DNA of 64,000 bases from Plasmodiophora brassicae (taxonomy: Eukaryota): NCBI GenBank assembly GCA_036867785.1, contig CP145409.1:496001-560000 (forward strand), in the 5' to 3' direction. Every line of letters begins with the position of its first letter. Position 1 is the stretch's first letter. This document shows, one piece after another, positions 1-13,500 of the stretch. The notes beneath the pieces are model-generated. The model worked only from the letters and a program-made list of their open reading frames with translations, was not told the DNA's origin and made no database searches. The position numbers and the translations under genes were made by a program.

Positions 1-273
1 CAGTAGGTACCCTGCGCGCCCGGTCCCCGCAACGACAGTTACGGCAGCTGCAGTCAACAAACCCGGCCGTGCAGCCCTCATTAGTCAATATTGTAGTTAT
101 CAACGTCAGATCCGACAGCCCATGCCGGATCCGACCACGTACGGGTTTGTAGTGACGAACGCGCCTACAGCCAAAAGCGTTGGGCGTGCAGCTATGGGGA
201 GCGACCAGCGAGGTGGAGCTGCAGGGCGGCGTGTATTTTTTAGGTCTACTACCGTAGTAGGTACTGCTACCTA

Positions 274-991
274 TTAGTCGAGCAGTGCGGCCGTCTTTCT
301 GGGCAGGAGGCGAACGGCGAATGCGACGAGCGTGGCCATTGACGCGAGCGCGAAGATGACAATGAGGAAGACGGGAGCGGATGACCCGTCCGGTGGAGTC
401 TGCAGGGCGTCGCCGCCGATCCTGGGTGGCGAGCGTGGGCACGGATTCGGTGGCAGACGGCGTGTGGGGATACCTGGGGGCATTGCCTAGCGGTTGCTTG
501 GATTTCCAGTTCGCATTGGCGAAATCGACGATGGCCTGGTCGACGCGGGGATCGCCGTCGAACGAAAACGCCTGGCCGCCAGACAGTCGAATGATGGTGG
601 GGTACACGCCGATCTTGTATAGCTTGGCAAGCTCTGTGTCCTATCAGCAGCGAAGGCGGAAACGCTGGCGAACGGGACGCACCGGTTTCCTTTGTGCAGT
701 CAACAGCACCGAATTTCATGGAGGCATCGGTGATCTGAGCGACAGCCTTCTCCCAGATCGGCTGTGTACTGACGCAGACATGGCAATATGGGGAGTAACT
801 ATCAGTGCACCGCTGTCATCAGCAACGAGGACGGCGGGCACCAACGTTGCATAACTGTACAATTTCAAGAGCCAATCGCCGGACCTCATGTGCTCCTCAT
901 AATTATCCTTCGTGATGTCAACGATCGGGCCAGCCAGGATCCGTCCAGCGGCCAGAGCCGTGACGACGGCGACGATGGCCGACGGAACCAT
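274..991 (-). CDS. Thioredoxin/PDI-like transmembrane protein (TMX-like), multi-exon
   Basis: Manual splicing gives signal peptide MVPSAIVAVVTALAAG, then WLLKFYSPYCHVC (CxxC), FGAVDCTKE, IGVYPTII (cis-Pro loop) and a C-terminal TM helix VFLIVIFALASMATLVAFAV. Confidence 0.85.
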
Positions 992-1433
992 ATTTTCTCG
1001 AACCAACACCGTGACAAGCGGCCGGCGACGCGCCCGCCGAAAAAAAGTGCTGCCTGCCACACGTTTCGGTTCCAGAACCGCACCCGAACAGGTTCCAGAC
1101 TTCTCCGACTGGTTCTAGATCTTGCACGGTGGTGGGCCCAGATCCGACCTCCCTCGGGTACATGCCTACGTAGATGGGGAGCAGAAGTTGGCGAGACCTA
1201 TATCCTCCCCGTATCGTCGTTGACCACCCCGGTCAATGCAAACGCGTCAGCGTTCATTTCGGCAGTACAAGTATCCAGGGTGCCTGTGTAGGTCTGCCCA
1301 TTCTCGCCGTTTGAATACACGGTAGGCCAGGGGGCCGTACGTGGCGACTTCGCCCGATGCACGTCGGCTGTTGCGGGCGCCGGCCGTGCAAAAGACACGG
1401 TAACGCAGTCATCGTGACCGAGTTGCGCCGGCG

Positions 1434-3038
1434 ATGGTTCGGCCGCGTGACGATGACAACAAGCCCGAGGCCGACGCGTCACAGTCGCCCGGGCCGACAC
1501 CATCTCGGCAGTCCTGGCTGCTGACGCTGTCTACTGCCCTGCTGCTCGTGTCCTCAGTTGGTGGGTCGAATAACGATCCCGTACGTATGTACGTAGCCGT
1601 GCTGCGATTTAACCGGTGCATGCCCAGGGAATTCGACCTTCTTCAAGCTGATGATTGACAAGTTCCACAATTATGCATTGTTCATCAGCCAAATTACGTC
1701 CCGTACGTGGGTCCGTTGTCACAGCACTGACAGTGGGGTAATGACGTTTCTGGGCCAGTCGTGTACATCCCTGTGTTTGGTGCCCTGGTCCTGCTTTCCA
1801 AAGACATCACGCCTGAAATGCGTGCCTTCCCGAAATCGAAGTTCTTCGTTATGGGCGCGCTTGACTCCATGGCCGGAATACTGATGACGTTCGGAGGAAT
1901 CATGACGAGCGGCAGCCTTCAAGCTCTATTGATGCAGGTAGGGCGCCAGGCGTTCACCGACTAACGTTCATACTGACGGCTACTTAATGCGGCAGGCCTT
2001 GATTCCGACGACCCTGATCCTTTCCGTTATTGTTCTCCGCACCCGGTATTCCCGTTTGCAGTATTGCGGTGCGTTCATAATCGTCGCTGGCGTGTGCGTC
2101 GTGCTCGTCCCGCAGGCGCTGCAACCGTCCGATACCAAGAACAACTTTGTGTTCAACATCATATTCCTGCTCAGTGTCATTCCGCAGGCGTTTTCATCAG
2201 TGTTCAAGGAGATCGCGTTCGACGACGCGGAGCTTGATGTCAATTACCTGCAATACTGGGTCGCCGTCTGGCAGGTCGCGTTTGGCCTTGTGGTCGCACC
2301 GGTTAACTCCGTTAAATTACTCGGCCCCGCTGCGGTCCCTCTGCAGGATATACCCATGGCGATATGGAACGGTGCCAAATGCATGTGCGGTGTTAACACC
2401 GTTCTTGCGAGCGCCACGAACGCGATCCCCGATTCCTGCGCTGGGGCGTGGATCCCGCTGTCGGCATACATTGCCTTCAACCTGCTGTACAATATCAGCA
2501 TCATGCTGGTTATCAAGCACGGGTCTGCGGCCCTCATGTACTTCGCGTACGTTTCGGCTTGGGTTCCCCTCGACAGGTCATTGACGGACGACTGATTATT
2601 GCTCAATGTGTAGGATGACTCTGCGATTGGTAAGACATGGATGTGCAATGCGCGTCTTTTGTGGTCTAATGGCTTCTTCGTTAGCCAATCATACAGGTGG
2701 TTTTCGCATTGCCGTTTATGCCCGGTGGCGGCCAACCCTTTTCCCTGTACGCCGTTATTGGATTGTTCGTTATTCTCCTTGGGCTGTCGATATACCGGTG
2801 GGCGTCGTCAAGGCAACCGTCTGGCGCCGAGGAAGAAGATATCCAGATGATCCCTGGTGCCCTAGAGCCCCCTGCATGTACGCTTACTCGCAAATCGGGA
2901 ACGCTGCTTCTCAGGCGCCGGTCGCATGACATTCGCCATGGATTCTACAGCCGCCTGGGTCTACCTCGTGACCCATCCCGGTACCATCCGGTGGCAACCG
3001 CGGGCGTTGGTGCCGACACCGACACTGAGCAACCGTAG
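1434..3038 (+). CDS. CRT-like (chloroquine-resistance-transporter family, DMT superfamily) membrane transporter, multi-exon
   Basis: Many hydrophobic segments across exons. FPKSKFFVMGALDSMAG, LLMQALIP, RYSRLQYCGA, SSVFKEIAF and a Cys loop GAKCMCG...DSC followed by FNLLYNI...LVIKHGSA fit the CRT/CLT pattern. Confidence 0.8.
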
Positions 3039-3131
3039 TCTGTATCGTCCGCTTTATAGAATATATCTCAGGGTTGGGCGCCGATGAATGATGCCGAAAG
3101 TATGATGCCGAAAGTATACGTCGATGGTATT

Positions 3132-3686
3132 TTAGGCCTGCTGTGGCTTGTGTTTGATGCGAATATGGCGTAGCAGGTTATGCTTGAGCGTGAACGAGCA
3201 CGGACACTGATCGCACGCGAACGAGTGGCGTTCACTCAAATGAATCAGGTTGTGGCGGTCGAGGTTGTACTTCCTCGAGAATGACGTATTGCAGATCCGG
3301 CATATAAATTCAGCATCTGGAAACGGCGGCATGAGACCTTGCTGCTGATGTTGCTGCTGCTGCTGCTGCTGCTGTTGTTGCAGCTGTTGTTGGTGCTGAT
3401 GCAGAACTTGAAACACGGTGGCTCCCGTTGTTGATTCGTGGGTGGAAACAGGCGACCCCATCGTCGTGGTCGCGTAGCGGGCGTGCGGCACTGTAGGTTG
3501 ATAGGGATGATATAGGTGGGCCGGCACCGGCATCTGTGCCTGATGGTTCCCGTGTGATGCAGGCAGTGGGGCGTAACGGCGTGGCTGCGGAATAACAACC
3601 TTGAACGCTGACGGACGTCGCTGGTTCATATCGATAGGGGATCGGCTGGACTGGTATACGCCGATGGGCATCCGGTTTGGGAGCAT
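3132..3686 (-). CDS. C2H2 zinc-finger transcription factor with polyQ tract
   Basis: Two C-terminal fingers (FICRICNTSFSRKYNLDRHNLIH, FACDQCPCSFTLKHNLLRHIRIKH) preceded by a Q-run. Start taken at first ATG (MLPNRM). Confidence 0.85.
   Translation of the reverse strand: MLPNRMPIGVYQSSRSPIDMNQRRPSAFKVVIPQPRRYAPLPASHGNHQAQMPVPAHLYHPYQPTVPHARYATTTMGSPVSTHESTTGATVFQVLHQHQQQLQQQQQQQQQQHQQQGLMPPFPDAEFICRICNTSFSRKYNLDRHNLIHLSERHSFACDQCPCSFTLKHNLLRHIRIKHKPQQA
3340..3402 (-). repeat. CAG/CAA trinucleotide tract encoding polyQ
   Basis: (tgc)n/(tgt)n run on + strand within the zinc-finger gene. Confidence 0.9.
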
Positions 3687-4136
3687 GGAACCCAGTTGAT
3701 ATGAACGATTACTCAAACCCCGTTCGTGGAAGACGTATAATTGACGAATGTGCAATATCGTGCGAGGCGGCTCCACTGCTGATGGGCACTGCAGCATGAG
3801 TCACACAGGCCCAGCAGGGACGATACATTGCAAACGCATGATCCGAACATCCCCCAGTTACGTCACGCTGGCCGCGAAACGTGCAGGTCCCCGTCCTGTT
3901 GATTCACCGAGATGCAAAAGCGGCACGCCCCGTTGAATCCGCGAGATGCAAACCGGTCGCCCCCGTTGCGTCACTGCCGGTGATGCAACAACAACGAGCC
4001 AATCGCTGCGCGATGCAGACTACCTAATCGAACATCCGTCACGTCCTAACGCGTTGCCGGCAGCGCCGCGTACGGTAGACACCGCACAGCAATTGAGCTG
4101 AGCAGTATCCCTGTGTGCGTGTGTGTGCAACGTGTG

Positions 4137-4160
4137 CTGGTGGTGGTGGTGGTGGTGGTG
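4137..4160 (+). repeat. (GGT)n microsatellite in intergenic DNA
   Basis: About eight tandem tgg/ggt units. Confidence 0.85.
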
Positions 4161-4294
4161 CGCCCCTGGCATGCGGGAGACGGAGAGTGGCAGCAGCGGG
4201 CACCAAGGTCGGCAAGTCCGAGCGGGAGAGAGAGAGTGCGCGCGCGGCGGTCTGCGGACGATTTCGTTTCCCCGGCTGACGACGTACGCGCAGG

Positions 4295-4957
4295 ATGTCG
4301 ATCGTGCAGGGCGCGTCGCGCCAGTTCGAGGCGGTTAAAGCGGATTCGCTGTCGACGCTGAAGGCGCTGGATGCGCGCCTCGGCAAGGTCGACCTGCTGA
4401 CGAAGATCGAGAAGCAGACCAAGATCAAGCCGTTGCACCTCGTTGGAGGCGCCGCCGTCCTTGCGTTCCTGTTCCTTCTGTTCGGCATCGGAAGCAGTGC
4501 GGTCTGGTACGGCCGCTTCCGTAACTCTGTCTGCCGAATCTAATTATGCGTTTTCAGCAATTTAGCTGGCTTCGTCTACCCGCTGTATGCCAGCTTCACG
4601 GCCCTGAAATCGCCCCAGAAGGATGACGACACGTATGCCTCGGTTCAATCGGTGGCGTTTTATCGTGTTCGTTGACATGATGTACCTAGGTTCTGGCTAA
4701 CCTACTGGGTCGTCTTCTCGTTCTTCGGCGTCGTTGAATCGTTTATGGATCTGACCATCGGCTGGCTGCCATTCTACCACCTGTTCAAGGTCGCCATCCT
4801 GGTGTGGAGCTTCCTTCCGCAAACACGGGGCGCCCAAATCGTGTTCGTCAACTTTATCGATCCTGTTATGGCACACCTGCCAGCCTTCACTAGTACGGTC
4901 AACCTCAACGTACAACGTTCAACGGCAGCCGCCAAGGAAGGCAAGAAAGTCGAGTGA
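4295..4957 (+). CDS. YOP1: ER-shaping protein YOP1/REEP5 (TB2/DP1/HVA22 family), 3 exons
   Basis: NLAGFVYPLYASFTAL, KDDDT/WLTYWVVFSFF, WLPFYHLFKVAILVWSFLPQTRGAQ across two short introns; KKxx-like C-terminus KKVE. Confidence 0.92.
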
Positions 4958-6135
4958 ATAAGACCAACCACAATGCATTTCTCATTTCCTATCGCCGATC
5001 TTATCCCTCTCCTGGTCTTGTTCATGACAGTCCCGTAATGAATTTTGTTTCCCGGTTTGCCATGCTGTGCAATGTGTCAGCCCGAAAGCAGACTCTTCGC
5101 CAGAACCATTTAGTTCGACGGGTCTCTTGCAGCGGCCTACAGTGAAGCCTTTGCAAATCATGCACTGATCCGGGAAACAATGAGGTGGGTATGCACCAAC
5201 GGAAAACGATTTGATAGTACCTATTCTCGTGCTCGTGCTCGTGCACAAGGCGTAGAGGATCGTCGCTCTTCGACAAAACCGCACCTGTGCTCTTCTCAGC
5301 AATGTCGGGCGCTGTTTGGCACAATGTGCAACGGTGGCTCTCCACCTGGCCATGGGGCTTCGTGTGTGCGTAAAGTTAATTTGCTTCATTATCCTCACCG
5401 GCCGTTCGTAAGTAGACGTCGAAGTCAGCTGCGTCTCTACCGAGTGGGTGGCTGCCTGCACGAACGCACCCGCCTGGAGAACGAACGGGAACAGGAAACG
5501 CATGACAAACGGCCGGTGGGTTCGACGTCGTCGGCAGACTCGACGGGCAACCCTTCTAGAGTGAACGCACCGGCGCATCCTGACATTGCCAGCTCGCTAG
5601 ACGAATCGGTTCGTAGTTGGCCCAGGCAGCCTCGCCGTGCTTGCGGGCTCGGCAGGAATACGGCCATGCATCGACAAGATGGGCACAGGCAATTACCGGT
5701 CCGAGAGGAATTCGGCATCATATCCAAATAGCCATTGGAAGGCTGTCTCTTCGGTACACTGGATGGTATCTTTTCAATGTTGACTCAACCCAGCGTGACA
5801 TCACCCGAGAGGTACCGTTCCGTGTCACACTTGATGGTCATTCGCTGGTAGGACTGACCCATTTGCCCGGACGCCCACCCAAGTTAATCGAAGATCATTA
5901 GAGATCAGACACAGGCCAGCGGGCACACGTGCTCCACAATTCGACAAGTGTAAGAACTTAGGCTGATCTGGCCGTTGGCTGCTGGCGTAGGGCACCGGGG
6001 TTCAGGAGCGTATTCATTTCCGCCACTGGGTTCTGACCTCTGGGCGTTGTAATTGCTGTTGCAGTCAGAGGTGCTCTAACTACAGTACTGATCTGGGTCC
6101 TGTTTATTGGTAAGTCGGTTTGCTGACGAGGTTCG

Positions 6136-9100
6136 TCACCATCCCATCCAGTGAGAGAATGTGCTCGTAAGGTCTTTGCGAAGCATGTACTTTCGGAACT
6201 CGTTGAACCCGGTCAGGTAGACGGCAGATACAAGGTTCATCGTCCAGAGCTCCGTCTGCCCACCGTACGCCGTGCCGAAAGCGCTGTTCATGAACGGCAC
6301 GTACACAATGGCTATTACCAAGCCAAGCTCAACGAGAACCCCTGCATTCATCAACCGGTTGTTGAAGACGCCGTGTTCGAAGATGGAGTTCACCCTGGTC
6401 TTCACGTGGAATATGTGCCAGAACTGCGACAGGACAATCGTGCCCAGGAACGCGGATTGAGCAGAGGACAGGATGTACTGTTGGTCGGCTTCCGAAAAGA
6501 CTGTCGATCCGATCAGCAATGGGCCACATCCTGGCTGGAAATAGCTGGTGTGCACCAGTTCCGACAACGGAATCTGCATTGCAGCTGAACGTTAGTGCCC
6601 GCTGAATGAACCATGCCCACATCGGACATACGCCGTGAGACTGAAAGACCAGCAGGTATGCCCCAATGGAGAGCATTGCGACTGGGATTCCCGCCCACAC
6701 ATACATGTACAGGAACAACGGTATGGATACGAGTCTATCAACTTTGTCGTCTCGCGGTGGTCGTTGCATGATGGCGTCTTCCGCAGTCTCGTAACTGAGT
6801 GACAGAGAAGGACAGACCTGTAGGTCAGGGCGGATGTCAGTTAATGGTCCCGTACGTAAAACGAAGCGTGCAATGGAAGCAGAACCTCGGTGCCCAGATC
6901 AATGGACAGGATCATGAAGGAATTCAAGCCGGGCGGCAACCCCGCGAGCAACGTGATTGCGATGGCGGCGACTTCTGCTACCAGATGTGTCAAGGTGTAC
7001 GCGATGATCTTTCTGAGGTTGTCAAAGATGAGTCGGCCTGGAGTGGAAGGCTCAGTGTTCCACCGGGTTCGCAACGGTCGCACCACTGATACCCTCTTCG
7101 ATACCGTTCACGATAGTGCAGAAATCGTCGTCGACCAAGACAACGTCGGCGGCGTCACGTGCTACGTCGTGGCCACGTAGACCCATGGCGATTCCGATAT
7201 CGGCTCGACGAAGCGCAGGGGAGTCATTGACGCCATCTAAGAAATCAGAGTCAGCAGGGCTGTGGAGCCGACACCCGACGGAATGCATCCCTCCTGTCAT
7301 GGCACAGATTTCACCCTTGGCCTGAAGGCGAGTGACGATTTCGAGCTTGTTCATGGGCGACGTGCGCGCGAACACGATCTCATGCATAGAGAGCAGCTCG
7401 TCCCATTGCTGATCGGTCATCGACTCCATCTCCGCTCCCGTTACGACAGCTGCGCCCGCCAGCTCCACGTCGCCGGATTGCCCGTCCAGGTTCATGGCGG
7501 CGATCTCTTCGCGAGTGTGGTAATGCTTGATAATGTTGACATGCCGAGCAATGGCTTCGGCTGTCGCCGGATGGTCTCCGGTAATCATGATCACGCGTAT
7601 ACCTGCTCGTTGACACTTGAGAACGGCGTCGGCTACGCCGACCTGCGCAGCAACACATCGGTTAGCACGTACAGGAAGGACGTCACTACTATCAACCTTC
7701 GGCGGGTCGTGAAGGGCCAGACAGGAAATCAGGGTCAGGTTGTCGATTGTAAAGTTGGACTTGATGTTTCCCGCTTCATCTTCCTCGAACGTGTACGAGA
7801 ACGAGTCTGGCTGGGCGGGCAGCGTGGCCATGGCCATGACGAGAACACGTTCACCACGCCGGGCAAAGTCCCCGCATGCTGATTCGACCTCGGCGATCGC
7901 ATCTGGAGTCAGTGGTACGACGGCGCCTTTCTTCAGGACCAGTTTGCACTTGGGCAATCTGCATAGGATGGAAGCTTCAGAAACGACCACTAGGGAGCAG
8001 ACAAACGGCCCTACATTCGTTCCAGGGCCCCCTTTACGATTAACAGGTGTTTAGACGTGCGGTTTGTGCGATCAGCGGCAGGAACGCCATGGATGGTTGC
8101 CATCCATTTGCGTTCGGAGCTGAACGGGACCATGAATATGGTTCTGATTTCTTGCCGAAGCTCCATGACGTCGACGTAGCGCTCAGCGAAGCAGAACATT
8201 GCAACGTCGGACGCATTGCCGGCCACCACGTCACGCTCTCGCGGGACGCGGGTCTGCTTCCGCAACGCATCAGCTTTGCCACGCGTCGGAACAGGAGCCT
8301 CGGCCCGGTTGATGTTGGTGAAGTCTTGCTTTCCGATCGGCATGGTGCGGACTCGCTTAATCGTAACGTCGTCAATAAGGACCGGTGATGATTTGAACCT
8401 GGCCACATTATCGCTGCTCTCCGCCATGCCTAGCACCTGAAGGAACGCATCCGGCATTACGTGCTGTGAGTACGCCAGCCCAGATCACGCGCATCCGTAC
8501 TAAGGAGCCGTGGCGCTCAGCATCGGGAGCCTTTCCTGTTCGTCCCGACCCTGCCCTCTTGACCATATCGATTCGGACATCTTGCGTCCGAGCAGCGGTT
8601 AACTTTGTCTCTGCAGGTGCCTCTTCCTGGGACGAACAACAACAGCGTCAGCATGTTGCATTACCCAGACGCAGGGCCCAATCGACGCCCACGATTTGGA
8701 CGAAGTCTGTTGCCGTAGCTTGGTTGCACAGCGCCGAGAAAACAATTGTACAATGAAGTGGGTCGTTCGAGAAGCAGATGTCGAACAGCCCATGGAGTTG
8801 TTCAGCAGACTTCAGCTCCTTGAGGTGACGCGGATGAGACAGACTATCAGCAGGTTGAACTTCCCCTTCGTAGAAGAGGCACGCCACCGCCATGTGGTTC
8901 TGAGTCAAGGTTCCCGTCTTGTCCGTGCAAATTGTCTTTGGACAAGAATACGGTGAAACGCGAAGCAACCCTGGTGAACGACGCGGCTTACGGTGACAGC
9001 CCCCAGGGTATCCAGAACTTCGAGTCGCTTCACAAGCACGTTCTTTGCAGCCATGCGCCTCGCGGCAACAGCAAGACATCCGGACACAGCAGCAGGTAGT

Positions 9101-10285
9101 CCCTTTGTGGCAGCGATTAGACGTCGGCCTTGGAAATGCGAGGGCGCTGTTACCTCGGGAACGTTGGCAACGAGTACAACAATGAAGCTCGATACAATTC
9201 GCTGCAGGATATTCTTGGTCCCTTGCTGAATGATCGTGACGATAAACATGGCGGCAGCCATGACAATAGCGAGGGCCGCGATCAGCTTCACGAAATGCTC
9301 CACATTACGTCGTAGGGTCGATTCAGTCGTCGAGGCCTGATTCGCAAGGGATGCGATTTGCCCGATTGTACATCTGTCACCGGTTCGCACGACAATACCG
9401 GTTCCATTGCCCGCCATGACCTGCGATCCGCTAAGAGCGATAGATTCCCCCTATGTTAGGTAGCAGACGGCTTCAGCGACGACACCATCGAATCCGTGTG
9501 GGGCATGCGTACAGCCGCGGGTGGTTCGAGAATTGAGCACATCTTGACGGGCAGGGATTCACCCGTCATCGAACTCATATCAATGCGCAGACCTCGGGCG
9601 GTTAACAGGGCAACGTCGGCTGGAACGCGGTCGCCTACGGGTATCTAGAATGTCACAAATCTCTCGCAATCCTCTGTCAACGTTGACCGCGCACCTGTCG
9701 ACAATATGACAATGTCGCCGCGAACAAGATCGACAGCGTTGATGGTCGTTTGCACGCCCCCTCTCCGAACGCATGCGTTCTGAGGCATCATCTTCTGGAA
9801 CCCCTGCATGGCACTCTCCGCCTGGGCATGCATTAGGCTATCGATGCACAAGATCGATACGGTTGGTGAGATCAGACCTGTCCTTCCTGGAAGAATGATA
9901 GCCCTGCTGTGCACACCACAAGTATGAATAGCAGAATGCCGAGGTATAGGTCTGTCGTGTCTCCGGGTGTGCTCAGAGCCGTTGCAATGGACAAAACTCC
10001 AGCAAAGTCGAGAAGGACAAGCATCGGGTCAAGTAAATGCTTGCCGAATCGTTTCCACAGGGGCACAGGAGGCTTCGGCGTCATGCAATTCTTGCCATCG
10101 TTCCGGAGGCGCTCCTCAGCCTCCTCCGGTTTCAGACCAGAGCTGACGTCCAGGTCGGACGTATTGACACTGGTACGGGTTCGTTTGACGAGCTCATCCA
10201 GCGACAGCGTCTTCAGGGCCTTGTCGCTGAAATCCTCTCCTCCAGCCGCGGGGCGTTCCGCCTTGGCCCCGATCTGGTTCTCCAT
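6136..10285 (-). CDS. P-type ATPase, P2C (Na+/K+- or H+/K+-ATPase alpha-like), multi-exon
   Basis: TGES (A domain), VANVPEG (M4), ICTDKTGTLT (phosphorylation site), KGA, MITGDHP, GDGVNDSPAL, IEEGRLIFDNLRKIIAYTLT, IDLGTE. Confidence 0.93.
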
Positions 10286-10529
10286 CGTCGACGCGCCGCC
10301 ACTCGAACCCCAGCGAGTGTCACACGAGTACGAGTTGCTCCGGGTTGCAAACCAAAATCAGCATCCAGTCACATCGCGGATGGTGGTTGCACCTGTGGCA
10401 TTCGAAGTTCGCGTCACCTGCGACTGACGCACAGGAGACGTGCGGCTCGCGTGCAGCGGTGCATCGCCCCTGAGTCATAACTGCGACGTCCACGTTGTAC
10501 CGGTCTGGTGAATGGCTGCTGCTCAGTTA

Positions 10530-13500
10530 TTATTGTTTGGCGCGGAGGTTGGCCTGGAGTTTCCAGTCCGGGTCGTCGTCGGGCCCGGCCTTGTAGACGG
10601 CGGCGAGCAGGACGCGAACGGGGCAGACGCTGCAGGGCATTTCCTCGATCTTGACGCGAATCGCGAACTGGGGCAATTTCGCGTCCCGGATCTGCAGGAT
10701 GTCCTCCTTGCAATGCCGGACGACGGTGTCGGCAATGCGGGACCCGTCGGCGTGCTTGAACGCGAGCACCTTCTCTGTGTACCGGAACCCGGGAGGTAAC
10801 TGTCGCTGTAGAGCATCGTGCCAGTCGCTCAACTTGGACGTCCGTTGTGCCGTGTGCGGTGGCTCGTCGCTGACTACGGCAACGTGTTAGCGAGACGTCA
10901 GGCACAGTGGTTCACACCGGTCTACTGGGACGCATCGAAGCGCGACGGTCGTACGTGTACTTCTCCTCGATGTCCATCCGGTAGTCCAGGGTTGGCAAGG
11001 CGCCCGCGGTGAAGAAGCGAGTCTCGGCAGCATCCGGGTCGCCGCTGAATTCCCGGAACTGAGAGCAGGCCACTGCGAAGCATTAGCGTCGCCTTGCACT
11101 TGGTGGATACGCCAACCTTCGACTGTCCGTGCGATGTCAAACGTTGCCTGTTTGACTTCATAGCTGGAGGCCTTGGGGCGCAGTGGCTTCTTGTTGTAGA
11201 ACGGCCCGACCACGGCCTCCTTGGTGGTGGTTATGTGGAACGGGAACTCAAACCATCGATCGTGCTCCGTATTGAAATTGTACGTGATCAGCTGGGGTGC
11301 CACTGTTACGGTGACGTTGTTACAGGCAGCGGTCAACGTACCTGTGGGTTAGCGGATTGCACATTGGCGTACAGCCTGACGTTGTTGAAGACGACGTCTA
11401 GGCAGACGTACGGTAGGGTCGGATGACCTTCGAATTCCGGAATTCGCAAAGGCGCCAATCTATGTAGACGCTGTTGAATACGTGGTACGTAAGGTTGTAT
11501 GAACACGAATCCAAACCGTTCCGTTTGCTCGTTGATCTTTTCGACTTCGAAGCGTTTGCGTGCCTCTTCCAGCTCCGTTAAAACTGAGAATGCTTCAGCA
11601 CAGACCGATGAAGACGTCGGTGATGGTTCCGCGATGCCAATGCCGAGCAGATCGGAACCGAACCCCTGCTCGTTCTTCTTCAAGTCTACGTGGCGCTGAG
11701 ACTTGCGTCGGGGACTTCCAGGCGGAAGGTCCGATGAGCGTTCGCCGGCACCCTCGATTTGCTGTGCTGCCTTCTTTGGGTCCTGTTGGAATTCCGATCA
11801 GCAAGGTTCGCAGAGTAAATGAGCGCGCCCTACAAGGATTATTTCCGGACGGGCCACTGGTAAAACCCATTTGCCATCGTCATTCTTGCGCTCGTTGAAC
11901 CTATGAAAACCGGGTCATCACACGGGAAGCGCCAAAGGGGTCGACAGCACCCCTCACCGCAGGACTTTTCCTGAGTCCAGGGTGTAGACGGTTCCCGTCG
12001 TCGTCTCCCAGAACTTGATTGTACTCTTGGGCGGAAGCGATTCGTCGATCTTCGACTTTTCGAGCTCCCTCGTCATAACCCAAACCTATCGCTAAATATT
12101 AGAGTCGATTCGGGTGCTGCGTGCCCGGATCGCCCAACGTGTTCGGTGAGCTCGTGATTCGGCTGCCGAATGGATCCGATGCAGACGTAGGCGTCATGCA
12201 TACGCGCCAGCAAGAAATTGCACAGTAGTATGGCATGGTCGCGGACGGTCCCTTTACGCTTATCCAGGAAGTAGAATGGGTCGCTCCAGGTCAGCATTGG
12301 CGGTTTCATATTGTCCTTCTTTGACGATTTCCCGCACGACTATCCCAGCAGCCAGTGAGTCCTCATCGAACGTTCACGAAGGCAATCCCAAAAACAAACC
12401 CGGTGCTGAAACTCCAGCGAGCTGACGAAGTGCAAGAGGTCCTCGTCTGACAGCAGGCCTGCAGGCGGGTGCAACTCGCCGAGGAACCGCGGCAGCCAGA
12501 ACACAGACCCGGTCTGCTCATCGATGCCTTGAACGTGGAAATACCGTTTCGGTGGGCAGTTCATCGCGAACCCGTCACCCGCTGGGATCTTGGACTATTC
12601 AGGATGCGTCTACAGCAGCATCACAGACGGCGGCGTCACGTACCGATTCAATCTTCTTCTGCAATTCGGCCCAGGCCGTCAGCGCTCGATTGTACTCCTC
12701 GTCCGCCAGGACTTTGGCCTCTGCGACCGCTTGGGCCTCCGCCCTCAACTTGTTGAAATCGGTGAATTCCAGGCGAGACATTTTCAATTCTGGACACACA
12801 TATGAGCAACATGGGAACCGTGGTTCACTGCACAAACGTATAGCGACCTGGGACAAAGTGCACTTCAATCTCCAGCGTTGGGCTGACATTGATCTTCCCG
12901 TAGTCATCCGAAATGTTCAGCTCGAGCGCCTTCTTAAACACGAGTCTATTGCCCTTTCCAGCCTGAAGAGACCGCCGTCGATAGTCAGACCCGGTGCATC
13001 GAGCAACAGCTGGCGTTGTAAGGCGTACAGCGATTTTCCTCTCTCGAAAGACGGTTAAGAAGTCGATCTCGGCGTAGCCAAGCGGACTCCGGCTGAACGA
13101 TTCGTTATCCCAGCACTGGACCGACAGACTCGTCTTGAAGAGTTCAGTGGGCAACGGCGTCCCATTGTCCTTGTCGATGTCCGTCCGGAACCAGCACTGC
13201 TCGTTCCAGTACGGTTCCGACGTTGCCGTCACTGTCCGCGTTTGTTTCTGCTGGTTGTTCCACTCAACGGTCACGCTGGGATTTAGGTATTCCTGGTATC
13301 TGTCAGCATGCGCGTGTGACTGACGAAAAGCAGATAGCATCTACCTGGTATCCAACAAGGCTTTCGAGCTGGCGCGCCCGTGCAACGGTTACGACCATGT
13401 TCACCGCGTCAGCCGACGCGTACTCTGTAGCGGCTATCAGCGTGCAATAATCGGGGATATCGATATGCTTCAATAGACCTAGGTTACCCGCTTGCCGGTA

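Noticed and set aside
3088-3117. 14-bp tandem duplication tgatgccgaaagta between convergent genes
   Set aside because: Only two copies, consistent with simple slippage, and no evidence of function.
12070-12310. Active transglutaminase that could cross-link the Q-rich proteins
   Set aside because: The catalytic Cys position reads GTVRDHA, and the protein looks like an intracellular C2-domain ciliary/centriolar type with no signal peptide.
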